Shown piece by piece: positions 1 through 15,069 of a stretch of DNA of 64,000 nucleotides. A program made the translations under genes and the position numbers. The notes under the pieces are model-generated. The model searched no databases. It was not told where the DNA came from and was given only the letters and a program-made list of their open reading frames with translations. Origin of the DNA: Octopus sinensis (Eukaryota); contig NC_042999.1 of NCBI RefSeq assembly GCF_006345805.1, forward strand, positions 101,184,001 through 101,248,000, read 5' to 3'. Within the stretch, counting starts at the first letter, position 1. Every line of letters begins with the position of its first letter.

Positions 1-192
1 ATACAGAAAAACATAATAGACAAGCATTGAAAGGAACTTATCAACAACAGAATCATTAAAAAAAACATCTATGTTTGAAAACACAAATATTTTTCAGTTG
101 TAGTATCCATTCACCACCCAAATAACAACATTGTTGCTAATAAATATGGTGTGTGTGTGTATGAGTCGCTCTCTATCTCTCTCTCTCGCTAT

Positions 193-234
<42 letters not shown>

Positions 235-734
235 CATACATACAGCTTTACCATTTTTTCCAAATATTGTGTTCTCTGTACATTACAGAATATTTTGATT
301 TTTATCTTGAGTTTATCCCTCTATTGTATGTAGCATCCAAAAAAATGTTTTTCTAACTATACATTTTATTTGTGAGATGGTAATTTTCTGTATAGTTTCA
401 TCATTGATGTCTTTATTGACAAGTAATTGCCAGGAAATATAAGAGATGTTTAAGTGGCAAACACTCAAACTGACATCTACTAGTGAAAAGAGTAAAAGAT
501 GTCACTGTGTCACTAACTTCTGCACTTGAGCGCACATGATGATTACACACAAGGAGCCTGAGAAGAGACTGACTAGTTTCAGCTAGTTATATCCACCTCA
601 TCAGATATGTGCAGTTATGTTTGACCTCCAAAGGGAGGAAACAGCTTAAGGATTACTTATAAAATATGCAATGAGTAACAGGCTCCAATTTTATCATCTG
701 CACATTAGTGCATTCACTGATTAAAAAAAAAAGG

Positions 735-1768
<1,034 letters not shown>

Positions 1769-2259
1769 ACATTCACTGAGAATGTGTATTAATGACCAAA
1801 GTAAAATACTGAGACAGTGGTGAGTGGATAACTATAAGTGAATGCATATACATAAGCTGAATAAACATACATTCAGCTTAGCTGTCTAAATAGACCTTGT
1901 GGTTAAACCACAGACAAGCTCAAGTAGTTCCTGACTTGCAAGAAATATCCATTCAAGTTCCCTATTCAGAAAAGGCAAGAAAGCAATACATTGCGAAAAA
2001 ATGCAGCAAGTAACAGACATTAATTTTATTTATTTGTATGTCACTGCATTCACTAGCAGCTTTCCAATGACATGGTTGTGAATTCAGTCCAACAGTGTGG
2101 CACAGTTACAGCTGCTTTGAAACGGTGTGATACAGTTTCAAAACAATTTCCCCAGCTTCTATAAGCAATCATTAAGCAACAGGCCATTTTAATGAGTTGG
2201 CAGAAAAACCAACCCTTTCACAATACAAGATATCAACACTATCTCTTGAGAATGTATCA

Positions 2260-4125
2260 AAATATGTGTAAACTTGTATTGGAATATCAATACCTAACTA
2301 TATACTACTACTGTTGTCCTGAAAGAATACTTAGGAGATATTTGCAAAGTTTGTAACAATGAAATAGCCTATCACAAGCAACCCCAATAAAGACTCTTAA
2401 GCAAGACTCAATGAATTTAGACCAAAGAAGGGGGTAAATAAATGTCATTGTAGTAGAGCGTAAGGCTAGTGATAGGTTCACAACACATTAACAACAACTG
2501 AAAAAACTATTGAAAATATACAGAAATTTTACTCCAAATCCTTTGCTATTAGAAAAAATGTGTTACAGCAGACCAGGATAAAACCACAAGTTTGTTTTTA
2601 ACCCAGAAGCTGTGTACAGAAGGATGTGGAGAAAAATATCATTGTAAAAAGGGCCCCTTCCCAAGAAGATCTTAACTCATTCTGGTCAAAGATCTGGAGT
2701 GAGAGTAAGGACTGTAATTGAAATACAACATGGCTAGATATAATAACCCAAGAATACTGTACTGATGCCAGCAGTAAAACTAATATAAATACCTACAAAA
2801 GTTTCACCAATGATGTAGGAAAGCTACTCAATGTAGAGTTACAAGATGTTGATTTTTCATAAAATCTTACTTATAACCATGTTTTTAAAAAAAGCTATGG
2901 AAGGCCAAATAGACATAATGAACTAGCTTACCATAGCACAAGCAAACCTAGTGGCCAAGAACAAAACCATTACTTTGGCCCATAGCCTGCCTTAACATTA
3001 TGCACAAATTGTATACCTGCCTGAACCAATTCCTCCAAGCTCATTGCAATTCTAGTAATATAACCACTGGTGAACAGACTGATAGAAAGAAAGGAGTGTG
3101 GAATGTACTGAACAATTTTTGGTAAATAAAGTTGTACTTTCTTAAGTAAGAAAGTATATCAGGAACCTTGTAACAGTGGCTTGATTACAGAATGGTATTT
3201 GATTCCATTCACCACTCATAGTTACTGAAATCACTACCTTAGTTGCTGCTATCAAAAAGCTCATGAAGACCTTATCCACAATCTTCATATTTGTAACTGA
3301 AAGTAGAACAATTATCTCTGATGTTATTAATATTTCAACAGGAATATTCCAAGGTGACAGTCCAGCTGTACTTTTGTTTATTTTGGCTCTGAATCCACAG
3401 TAATTTCTTCTACAAAAATTCACTGGCTATGTCTTAGGTTCTGCAACTGCAAGACACACTAATATGAGCTAAAAAATTTTCTTGGATGATCTAAAGATCT
3501 ATGCATGAGATACTTACAAAACCTAGGAATTAGGAGCTTAATTACATTTTCTACTGAAATAGGAGTAGAGTCCAACCAAAGTGTGTGGGGATGGGGGTGG
3601 GGGGAGACTGCTGCCCAAATCCTAAATCTTTGAGTCATTGGTTTATCACATCTGTTGTATGAAACAAATATAACAAATACTTAGGTATTCAAATACTTAG
3701 GCAAAGTAAACATATACCTAGGTGAAAATATACCCAGGTACTATTAACAAGGATAGAGTAACAAAAGAATGCAGGAAATACTAGAACAACAAAAGGATAC
3801 TTGTTTCTCTTAGAACATGACAATATACCACAATGCAGTTGTAGTACCTGTACTGATACCAACATTTGGAACACTCAGCTGGTTTATAGACGAAAGTCAC
3901 TTTATAGACATAAAAACCTTGATATTGACTGCAAATTTCCACAAAAACTGTAACACTGAAAGTCTCTATCTCAGACGAAAAGAGGAAGAAGAAGGCTTAA
4001 AATCAGTATGGAAGAAAGCCTTTGAGTGCTGCATAATATCACTCAGACAGCATCTGCTAAACAATAGCAGCAAAAATAAATACCTCACACAAGTGCTGAA
4101 TAACATCCTTAGAAAAAAAACTGAC
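2260..4125 (+). pseudogene. Decayed R4/Dong-like (RLE clade) non-LTR retrotransposon reverse transcriptase
   Basis: Frameshifted motifs FWSKIWSE, PIACLNIMHKLYT, LDYRMVFDSI, TGIFQGDS, FLDDLKIYA, KYLGI and VPVLIPTFGTLSW..LYLRRKEEEEGLKS (ORF 3817-4170). Many stops. Confidence 0.8.
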
Positions 4126-6247
4126 TTACTGGTGACCTCCCCTATGAACCTTGACATATGCACCTCATAACAGTATGCAAAATGCTAACATAAACATGAT
4201 AATGGTGATGATGATGATGATGATGATGATGATGCTGTAGGTATGTATGCATAAATACACACACACACACACACATATCCTCTTTCTTTATCTATCTTTC
4301 TATATATGCATATGTATCTATCCATATATTATATTTATATACATCTATTTTTACTTATATATCCATATATGTATATATATGTTTGTGAGAGAGAGAAAGG
4401 GAGAGAAAGAGAAAAAAAAAAGAGACAGTGTGTGGGTGCACAAATGCACCTAAATGTATATATGGTATAATATGACTTTACTTTTGAAATTTTAATGATC
4501 GTTATGTATCTGTATTAACAATTGTATGATCATGAGTTTTAAGATACTGAATGTATATGGTCTTTTGATGTATTAGACATTAATGTTACATCATTTTTAA
4601 ATGGGTATAATATAAATTTCTATGTGAAATTGTAAGTATTCATGTAGTTTTGACCATCGTATGTGAATATGCATGGTATACACATTATAATTGGTGTATT
4701 TGTAAAAATTATCTTACCATTTCATACACACATATAGACTTATATATTCCAAAAATGTGTCTGTATGTACATGTATGTGTATGAATGCATACACTAGTAT
4801 GTTTAATATTTAATATGATGTGTATGAGAATATATTTGAAGTAGTTTTTATCAATATGGTACTATTTATAACCATTCAGCTTGCATTGCTCCTATTTTTA
4901 TTATGATTTATACTAGTTATAGGGAAACTGCAGCCCACAGAACTTTCCTTTTGGAATAACCTATCTATACAAAAAATTACCCTGAAATATTTTTAGCAGT
5001 GAGGCTTGTCTGATGATGAGGTATGTCTTATGTAGCCTGCTTCTTGAAAAAGATTGCCTATGTCTTGTTTATACAATAAACTTTAAAAAATCAAATGAAG
5101 TGCTGTTTTCACTTTTCCCCTATTTCTGATTATTTTTATTCTAAGTCCCATCCCCACCTCTCTCCAAGTCTTTCAATTTAAATACAACTTCTTCCAAGAT
5201 TTGTTTCCTGTTGATCACTGTCCATTAGTAGTGATAAATACAAGCCAACAAGTGAACTCATTATGCTAAGGAAGCTTCTACACTCTCACTAAAAATAGAT
5301 GTGTCTAAATTTTTATGTGTACTTATGAGCATTTGTATGTGTTTTACTACAATGTGAAAATTGACTAAACAATAGTTTCTGGAAATCCTTATTCACCATA
5401 TTTGAATGTAGTCAAAACTCCTCTATAGCTATGTTTTCTCTGAAAGCATCATGCTACAATACTAAAGAATATTATCTTAATAGGAGAAAAAAAAAAAACA
5501 CAACTGTTGAATATTTATGACATTTAAAAGATTTAATATTGTCCTTTGCATAATCAGAACAATCCACAAATAAAATTAAATATTTCTTCTTTCTGACATT
5601 TACATTTTCCAAATAAAGTTTCCAATTATTGTTCTTTTACTGGAAAGTAATTTTCTTTTTTTCTTTTCTTTTTTTTTTTAAGTAGGAATAGAGAAAGCTA
5701 CACTAGACTATGAAATAAGCAATTTATTGTAATATCTCAGGTAAGCATTCTTAATTGTATACTTTCTAGGGCCTGTGGAATAAAGCTTGCCATAGCCAAA
5801 CAGCAAAAGAACATTGCTGTCATCCAGTCCTTTTCTAGGTGTATTCTGGAATGTTTCTTCACCATGTCTCATACCATTCCTACAATGGCTCTGTCTTACT
5901 ACATCCTCCTCTAAATCCATTGCAGACACTCACTGCTTTTATTCTTACCATCTTTACTATGTCTAGGTGTACTAAACACCAGTATCAAAATCACACTTCC
6001 CTGAACAAGTCAATGAAGAAACTTCAGTGAGGTCATTCAGTCTGCTAGAAATAATAAGCAAATCTCCTACAAATCACACCGTACTATCTTATAACACCAA
6101 CATCACTGTAGTGTTACTCTGCAAACCTGATTCCTAAAGAATTCCTTGATACAGTGAAGTTCAAGCTAAATATCAACTAGACTGATCTCTGTAAAGGTTA
6201 TAGTCATATAACTAAGTAATAATTGTTTCTAGCGTAAGACACAAGAT

Positions 6248-6420
6248 CTAAAAATTAGGGGAGTGTTAATCGACACCAACAACTACAGTAGTACTTAACT
6301 GGTATTTTATTTTCTCAGCCTTAGAGTGAGATGAAAAGCAAGGCTGACCAGAGCAGGATTTGAACTCAGAACATGAAAAACCAGAAGGAATTCCACAAGG
6401 TATTTTTCCAACATTCTATC
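6248..6420 (-). mobile_element. SINE family C, degraded
   Basis: The reverse complement matches gttctgagttcaaatcctgc..gtcagccttgcttttcatc of other family C copies. Confidence 0.6.
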
Positions 6421-8057
6421 AAATAATAATACTGAAATATTATTTAATTGCTGCTGTACATTTGCAGCAAGAATAAAACTGAAAAGTGAATAAAAATAAT
6501 GTTTATATCTTAAATGACTGAAGTTATTCCACATGTTAAAATAATGTTGCATCTTATTACCTAAATTATAGAGTTATTGCAAGCTACTGTATGTATGGCA
6601 TGTATATGTGTGTTTGTCAGTGTGTATACATGCATACATGTATATGAACATGCATGTGTATGTGATCATGTGGGTGTACATACTTCTGAACATGCATGTG
6701 CATGTGTTTGCATTTGCATATGCTTTTCTCTGCTTATCTTCATGTTGATACCTCTTGTGCACACAATATGTTGCACAGCTGAGTAGGTCAGTATGTGAAG
6801 ACCTGTAGAATAAAAGAGCCTTACCAGAAAACAAGGGTCGCATTAGAAAGAGCATCAAACAGTAGAATTCTACCTCAAGTTTCATCAAACTTAGGCCAGC
6901 ATGGAAAAAGGATGATGTTAATAATGAGGAGTAGGCAGAAGATATATCTAAAATATATACATCTTTGCTTACATTTTTTTTTTCTGTTGGGTGGTGTACT
7001 AAAACATAGGATTGCCTTATACATACTTATAGTTGCTGAGTCTAATATATGTATCTATACATAGTGATCCTAGTCACCACAAAATATGCAGACTGTATAC
7101 ATACATTCTTTATTGCACATGAAACTTTTGTTTTATATGGCAGAAATGAGAAAATGTAACTAGCATAATTCATTTCAAAGTAAAATTCAAAAGTGGATCT
7201 TGGATCTTATTCAAGATAACAATAACCTTGACAATAACAATTTTTATAATGCCAGTAATAATTTCTAATACAAGAATGAAGGTAACTATATTAAGTTGAG
7301 GGATTTATCAACCACAGAGGAAGGAAAGACAATTAAGATTGCAATAAGGTTTGATCTCAGCATGTAGAGGGATGAAACAAAACTCTGTAAAATATTCAGT
7401 CTTCTAATCTTCACTGTGTTACCACTTCAGCTCCTGTTTATAACATATATAGTCTAGCAAAAGTCAATCTCATATAAATGTCAACCCCTCCACTCTGTTT
7501 TTGGTAAAATATCTGGAATAAACCTCATATAGTATGTAAAGGTCAACCTGGATTTTCAAAAATAAGAGATCAACATTTGAGTTTAAGGATATATAAAAGT
7601 CAAGATGAGGAAATAACTTTTTTCCAGTGTTGTTGTTTTCACTTCATAGAATTCACTTCTATATAATTACATTATTCTCAAAGAAGCACATAATTCTATT
7701 ATTTAGAAAAATATTACAGCCTTAAAGCAAATCTTCAACTTACCATTTTAAGATGTAAACACTGAATCCTTGGCCAATAGCTACACATCAACATCCATTA
7801 ATACTATGTTATTACACTTAGTTTTGACTTGTACATTTTTCTTCTTTTCTTTTTTTTTGGTATTTAATACTATTGATAATTTTTTTTATCATGGTTTTCT
7901 CTTCTTTGCATGATCTTTCATATTGTACACACTTCACAGTCTTCCTTAATGCAAAGATCAGTCAAGTTTAGTTTTCTTGAAGCACTTGTTGATTTCTGTT
8001 ACATCATACATACTGTTATGGAACTATAATTTCTCTGTCATCTTATGTAAAAAGAAG

Positions 8058-8450
8058 ATGACCTCCAGAAGAAACTGCAAATGTACAGCAGCAATTAAAT
8101 GAAAGTTATTGAAACTGCAGAGAAGAAAACTAATTGTGTAGACAGTAAGAAAATTTTGCGTTTTGGAGAAACTTGCAACAGACTGGAGAAAGATATCAAA
8201 TTAACTTAAGAAAATGCAAAATACAAGTGTGTCAATAGAGGTAAACTTAGCAATTGGCCAGAACTGGATAAAGAAATACTGGAAACTGAATCGAAATGAG
8301 AAATGTTTCACTCATGAAGCAATCCAAATTTATGCTTAAAAATAACCAAAGAAGGCTAGAAATTTGGATATTAAAGGAAGTGAACAGTGTACAAGGTTTG
8401 TGAGAAAACATGAGTTAATATTTCAGAAGAAAACTAAATTATACAAAAAG
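8058..8450 (+). pseudogene. pogo/Tigger-type transposase N-terminal remnant (Brinker-like DBD and CENP-B-type HTH)
   Basis: With frameshifts it reads MTSRRNCKCTAA.KLKVIETAEKKTNC..KKFCVLEKLATDWRK..RGKLSNWPELDKEIL..ARNLDIKGSEQCTRFVRKHELIFQKKTKL. Confidence 0.65.
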
Positions 8451-9212
8451 GTGAGATAAATTAGATTAACATTTCTCATAGACCTTTCTACTTAATGGCA
8501 GAAATGAGTGTTGAAAGGGAGGCAGGTAAACTGTAATTTTAATAAAAACTAAGATGGCTTTAAACATTTGAAACTTGTCCAAAGAAAGAATTATATAGAT
8601 GCAAACTTATTTGGTATTCTCATTAATAAAGATTCACAATCTTCTAAGAATTGAACAATGTAGTTGGTGCAAAGATTACACTAACATATTTAGAGGTTTA
8701 GTGGTAAGTATGAGCAATGACATTCTCAGATATACTCCAAACATTCATGAAGAGAAGCTAACTCACAATGGCAAACGGTTGTACACATTCATAAAAGGAC
8801 TCTATCATTCTGATCAAGACCTCTTTAATTTCAAATTATATTTGAAGCAGAGGATGAGAAAGGAATGTGAGATATAGATGCAAGTGAAGAAACTTGTATG
8901 CATGAAAGGACCAGATATTCAGTTGTATCCAGGAAATTTCATGGAAGAGTACCATACCTGAAATGCAAGGTGATCAGAGTATTTGGGTGCTTGGCATCCT
9001 CTGTGTCTTATAATTTCCACCTTGTTATAGGTATCTTTGTTTATTCTATATCATTAAAAACACTTTATCTGCTTTTCAAGTTGTATTACATTCCCGTCCT
9101 TCATTTTATAGTATACATACACCTAACACATTCATTTCTGATTATTTTATAGCAAAATGCATATGTTTTATATGTATGTGAGGCCAATAAAGAAAAAAAT
9201 GTTGTTGTTATT

Positions 9213-9410
9213 GAGCTAGAAGAATAATTAGTACACCGGGCAAAATGCTTAGCAGTATTTCATCTACCGCAATGTTCTGGGTCCAAATTCAACCAAGAAA
9301 ATGCAAAATACAAGTGTGTCAATTAAGTACCAGAGGAGTACTGAGTCAATGTGATCAACTGTCCTCCTCCATACAAAATCCAGGCCTTGTGACTATAGCA
9401 GAAAGGATTA
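9213..9410 (+). mobile_element. SINE family C
   Basis: gggcaaaatgcttagcagtattt..gttctgggtccaaattc..taagtaccag..ggccttgtgactatagcagaaagg followed by an (ATT)n tail. Confidence 0.7.
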
Positions 9411-9450
9411 TTATTATTATTATGAATATTATTATTATTATCATTATTAT

Positions 9451-9650
9451 GAAGGCAGTGAGCAAGCAGAATCATTAGCATGCCAGACAAAATGCTTAGC
9501 GGCATTTTATCCGTCTTTATGTTTTGAATTCAATTTCTGTTGAGGTCAACTTTTTCCTTTCATCCTTTTGGGGTACATAAAATAGTACTGGATTCAATGA
9601 GATTGACTAGTACCCTCTCACAAAATTACAGTCTGTGTCTATAGTAAAAT
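9451..9650 (+). mobile_element. SINE family C (second of a tandem pair)
   Basis: aaggcagtgagcaagcagaatcattagca..gaggtcaactttttcctttcatcc followed by a long (ATT)n. Confidence 0.7.
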
Positions 9651-9654
9651 GGAC

Positions 9655-9681
9655 TTTATTATTATTGTTATTATTATCATT

Positions 9682-9730
<49 letters not shown>

Positions 9731-9890
9731 GCAGCAGTAGTAGTACTAGTAGTAACAACATTATAGCAATAGTATCAACATTATGTTCAGCAATACAACA
9801 TTATCATCATCATTGCCACTACCACCACTGCCACTACCATAACCCTTACAACCAACACCATAACCATCATTATTATCATTAACTGTTATT
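9655..9890. repeat. Compound (ATT)n/(CAT)n/(CAA)n microsatellite
   Basis: Trinucleotide runs seen directly; they explain ORF 9649-9882. Confidence 0.9.
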
Positions 9891-11745
9891 TTAGGTCAAA
9901 ACTACATCATTATATTCTCTGTAAATGAAATGAAGCAATTGGTTTGGATCCTCAGGTGAAATAGCTTTATTTTCTACAGCAGCAGTGTGTGACAGTCCAA
10001 AGCACGTTTCAAATTCCCTATTGAGAATATTTTCTTTGTGTTACCAATGCTCTTGGGAAATGATATGGCCATTCTATATTCATTGTTATAGAATTCATAG
10101 CTATCATGTTTATATAATACAATACAATTGTAGAGCAGTGGATTAGATATTTTACTAACTAAATTATTGTTTCACTTTTCTGTGCTCAAATCCCAAAGAG
10201 ACAGACCTTGACTTCACCCCTCCAGATTCTAGCATAGTCTCCTTCATCAGTATCAATAGTTTTCATGTCAATCTTTTCCAATGTATGTATGAATTGGATG
10301 GTTCTTCTAAGCTATTCATCTTGTTCCTTTGTTATTCTATCAGTGAAAGTTCAGAAGCCTGAGATGTGAATTGAATACTGTTCACTTATCTGGGATATTC
10401 CATGTGCCAGCTTGACCTACATAGTCAATGGATTACTGAGTATATTCAGTCATTTTTAAGATGGTAGGCTGAAGTTTGAGGGAGATTTGTCTGGTATTTA
10501 GTTGGTTGAGTACCCATGCAAAAACTTTGCATAGAACATCTGAACCTTGAGGTCTGCGGGTTCCACCTTCTGCTTTATTTGATTAACTTGGTGCTCAGTC
10601 AGAGCTGATATGAGGTTGCACAACAAATAATAGTCTGTGATAACCAGAAACAATCTGTCTACTTGATAGATAAGCTCATACTTATTAAATTTTCAGCTAC
10701 TGGATCCTAATTCAACTGTATTTTCTCCCTTCCTTCAATGACCTAAGTCCTAATTTAGGTACAGGTGTGGTATATTTGGAACAGTAGTTCTGTGATTGTG
10801 CTAGTAAGTTGATTGACTGTCATGTGCTGTAAATCTGCTTAATCGGAGCTTATTTGAAACTATCCAACAATAAGAAACTCATCACATTATCTTTGAAAGC
10901 TTGAGATATCTATGGCACACATATTTTTATTAAAATAAAAGTTATAAAGAATAAAGATATTAGAGATGAAGCAAGATTAAAAATGAAAATACTAGAAGTC
11001 AGATTCAGAGAACACATTTTATAAGGTCAATAATTGACAAAGGATGCTTTTGTTGATATGAGAACAAAATTTATTGAAAGATTTATTTATATCTAGACAT
11101 TGCATATCAACACTGAACAAAAGTTACTGTCCCTTTTTGCAATAATGACAAATATCAAGATTAAAAATAAAACTAAGTAAACTTTTTAAAAAATTGCTAC
11201 AAAAATAGAACATAATTGATTGATTGTCAAAGTTATCTCCTTCAATTCTAATTTCAAATCCTGCCAAGGCTGAGCTTGCCTTCTTATGTTTATTTACATA
11301 AAATAATCACAAGCAGTAAACACAGATCAAAAGATCAATGACAGGAAACTAACTTGATTCTCAATTTTAGCTATATGTTAGATCAATCCACCAAAGTTTT
11401 TTCTTTTTCTTTTACCACTAAAATAGGTGGGGAAAAGCATTAGTTAAAAAAAAAAGAAAAAGAAAAAATCAAACCCAATGTCTAAGTTCACATTTCTTTT
11501 GTGGGAAATGTTAGGAACTTTTATAAATGATTGAAGACATACTTCCAAAATGATCAACTTCTGAGGAAAAGAGAATTTATTAACTTGCTACAAGCTATTT
11601 AACTTCAGTGATCTGAAGAGAAAAAATGAATTTGAAGACACATTGATGAAGGTAGTATACAAATTAGAAGAAAAATAAACTAACCAATAGAAAAATGAAT
11701 AACTTCACCAACTTAACTAATTATCTGAAAGGTATTTTTTCCCAA

Positions 11746-11885
11746 GGTTGACTTTGCCTTTCATCCTTTCGGGGTCGATTAAATAAGTACCAGTTACGCA
11801 CTGGGGTCGATATAATCGACTTAATCCGTTTGTCTGTCCTTGTTTGTCCTCCCTGTGTTTAGCCCCCTGTGGGTAGTAAAGAAAT
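11746..11885 (+). mobile_element. Young 5'-truncated SINE with the family C core, a different 3' tail and a 16-bp TSD
   Basis: Perfect TSD AGGTATTTTTTCCCAA at 11730-11745 and 11886-11901. CpGs are intact. Confidence 0.85.
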
Positions 11886-12119
11886 AGGTATTTTTTCCCA
11901 AATGTTCCTTGAGTGTCTGACTTCAATTCAAGAAACAGAAATTCATTTTCTAATGACATATATTCTTCTTCCTCACCCTCCATTTCATTTGAATCAATTT
12001 GAATCAATCAGTTAAAACAAAGAAACAGTAATAGTAATACAGAAATTATTAAAGTTTATTGAATTTAATAGAAAGTGACAGATTTAGTTTTCATTCTAAA
12101 CAAGTAACCTCATGACAAA

Positions 12120-12402
12120 AATCATGTAAAAAGCACCATTCAAGTGTGGTCGATGCCAGTGCTGGCTGACTGGCTCCTGTACTGGTGACACATAAAAAGC
12201 ACCATTCAAGCATGGTCGATATCAGTATCGCCTGACTGGTCCTCATGCCAGTGGCACATAAAGAGCACCCACTACATCCAGCTGTAGAAATTTTGCCAGA
12301 TCAGATTGAGCCTGGTGCAGCCTTCTGGGTTGCCAACCCTCAGTCAAACCATCCAACCCATGCCAGCATGGAAAGCAGATGTTAAATGATGATGATGATG
12401 AT
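12120..12402 (+). mobile_element. RTE LINE 3' UTR fragment ending in (GAT)n
   Basis: Repeated ..gtggcacataaa(a)gcacc units and the catccagctgtagaaa..ccatgccagcatggaaagcagatgttaaatgatgatg tail. The same tail follows RTE ORF ends at 25216-26020 and 26795-27332. Confidence 0.8.
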
Positions 12403-12484
12403 ACATATATATATACCTATATATACATATATATAGGCATATATATATATATATATATATCTGCATGTATATATACATATATGT

Positions 12485-12555
<71 letters not shown>

Positions 12556-12597
12556 CACACACACACACATACATATATATACATACATATATACATA

Positions 12598-12819
12598 CAA
12601 ATTTAGGGAATGGAGCTGATAAAATCCAGGCTACATATGTTTCCTAGCCAGCAGAACTTCAGAAGTAGTAATTACCCAAATAAACGGTACTCCACTAGCT
12701 ACTCATCAGGCGAAATAACTAGCTGAGCATCTCTTGTTTGGTTAATTATTACTTCTGAGGTTCTCCTAGCTAGGAAACATATGTAGCCCAGATTTTATTT
12801 ACTCCATTCCCTAAATTTG
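12598..12819. mobile_element. Foldback/MITE with ~88-bp inverted arms
   Basis: caaatttagggaatggag..aaaatccaggctacatatgtttcctagccagcagaacttcagaagtagtaattacccaaa (12598-12685) is the imperfect reverse complement of 12736-12819. Confidence 0.75.
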
Positions 12820-13035
12820 GATTTTCATTTACATACACAGCAACCCCAGTTGCTAACCATGAACTATAAAATAACTTGTTTCAGCTTATTGAACTTTGAT
12901 ATGGGAAAAATTACAACCTTCTGCATCAATAAACCACTGTTGTTCTTGAAAATTGTTTTTTATACTTTTTACAGACTGTTCAAAGCTGACTAACTTCCTA
13001 CACCTTGATCCTTGGGTCTTATCGTTATATATTAC

Positions 13036-13072
<37 letters not shown>

Positions 13073-14406
13073 CTTTTAATGGAATGGGTTCCTACAAGCA
13101 GTCTTCCACTTTTTTATCTAAAGCGTTTTTATAGCTCAATATTTACATGCTATTATTTATAGCTTTATCTGCTCTATGATCCACCATTCCATAAAAAATT
13201 ATTCCACATTTTCTCAAGTTTACAAATTCTTGATGTCAAAAATATGCACACGCGCACACACACACACATATATACATACATATATACAAGCCCATATTAT
13301 AGCCTACATTTAGGTGGCTAAATTTAACCTATTGCTTGTCTTAGTTCACTCTATCCTAACTTTTCCTTCCTGTATGGCCTGTCATTACCCAATGTCCACT
13401 GGACTGCAAGCATACTCTTGCACCATCACTTGCATGCACTTTAGATCCCTCGTATCCCCCTGTCATCTCAAGCATTGTCTTGAATATACATACCTTTCTC
13501 AGAGTACCGAGAACTCCTATCAACCCATTCATTATCATACATCTCTCTCATTGCTGCCTCCCCTGTCTCTATGACTCATGCTTCTTACTCTGTAAAGAAT
13601 TTGGTGAGTAAACAAATATGTGGGGGTTAAGAGATTTTTTTAGATGTGTCAGAGACATGACTACCTTTCTGGTGATGGTATCATGAAAAATGTATTCAGT
13701 ACCTTCTGCAAAGTATGAGGTTATGAGATCCCTTAATCCTGTCAAGGGCACACACCCCACCCCACTCGTACTAGTGTCATGAAAAAATATTACCCAGTAC
13801 ACTGTGTAAAGTGGTTGGAGTTAGGAAAGCATCCAGTCATAAAAAGCGATTCCCTGACCCACCAAAGATAGCAGTACCCACTCCAATATGTGGTGATTCC
13901 AATCTTGGCAATCTCTTCAACCCACACCAACACAGAAAACAGACTTTTTTGCTTTGTCTTGAAAAGGATTTATTTTTTCACCAGGTTCTGTAAATTTTGT
14001 AGTTCATGTCTGGTTTCATCTGCTAAACTTCATCCAGTGCACACATTTTTACATATTGCTTACTGTAAGCATTTCACCTGCAACCACATCTCTCTCTCTC
14101 TCTCTCTCTCCCCATTGCCTGTTTTCATTTCTTCTAATTTCTGCTAGTTGCTCATGCTTTTCCTATAATGGCAATTTACATCTGTTTGTCTTTCATTCTT
14201 TAGAAGCTGGACTACTCAAATGAGTATTTTCATGCCTTTATTATTTTCTGCTTTCTTGGTCATAGGCCACACTATATTTTCTTTTAATATCAATTTGTGG
14301 AAGAGCTCAGATGTGTTCTTGAAACTACATAGGCACCTAAAACAATAGGCAAAATCGTGGTAATTGCTACCAAATGATACTCACTTGTGAAAGACAACAA
14401 AGGTAT

Positions 14407-14410
<4 letters not shown>

Positions 14411-14481
<71 letters not shown>
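14411..14481. repeat. (TA)n(GA)n microsatellite
   Basis: Seen directly. Confidence 0.95.
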
Positions 14482-14490
<9 letters not shown>

Positions 14491-14837
14491 ATATTATTCT
14501 AAATACCATCATGAATTGGAACACCCTGACAAGCAACTTATTTCTATGAAGTATATTTGTAAAGATAACTCCACCATAAAAAGGAAGAAAATTCCTAACT
14601 ATAGACCAATTAACAAGACTTTTACTAACCAGATTCTTATTAATACCAATATTTCTAATGATATAAACAATAATATAAACAATTGTAATGTTACAAACAG
14701 TCATTACAGGCAAAACATTAACAAAGCTGGAAATAGTAACACGAAACAATGTCTTTTCACAAAAAATCTCCTCTTTTTTCTTCACATACTCTTAATTTCC
14801 CACACAACTGCATAATCCATTTTAATGATGTTCAATA

Positions 14838-14861
14838 CTTTAATAATAATAATATTATTAC

Positions 14862-14900
<39 letters not shown>

Positions 14901-14907
14901 TAATAAC

Positions 14908-14951
<44 letters not shown>

Positions 14952-14965
14952 CAACAACAATAAGA
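14838..14965. repeat. (AAT)n/(AAC)n microsatellite
   Basis: Seen directly; explains the poly-N, poly-I and poly-L ORFs. Confidence 0.95.
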
Positions 14966-15069
14966 AGAATATTAGTAATGGTAGTGATAATACGAGAGGT
15001 AAAAAGAAACCTATACTATATATTCGGGTAACCCATCTAATAAAAACCACCATACCGATAAGAAACACA

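Noticed and set aside
4997-5130. 24-nt microexon candidate or C/D snoRNA (ATGATGA..CTGA)
   Set aside because: Short motifs expected by chance; no terminal stem or recognisable guide.
5686-5740. Exon-like segment with good splice signals (CAG|GTAAGC)
   Set aside because: There are stops in all three frames, so it could at most be non-coding, which sequence alone cannot support.
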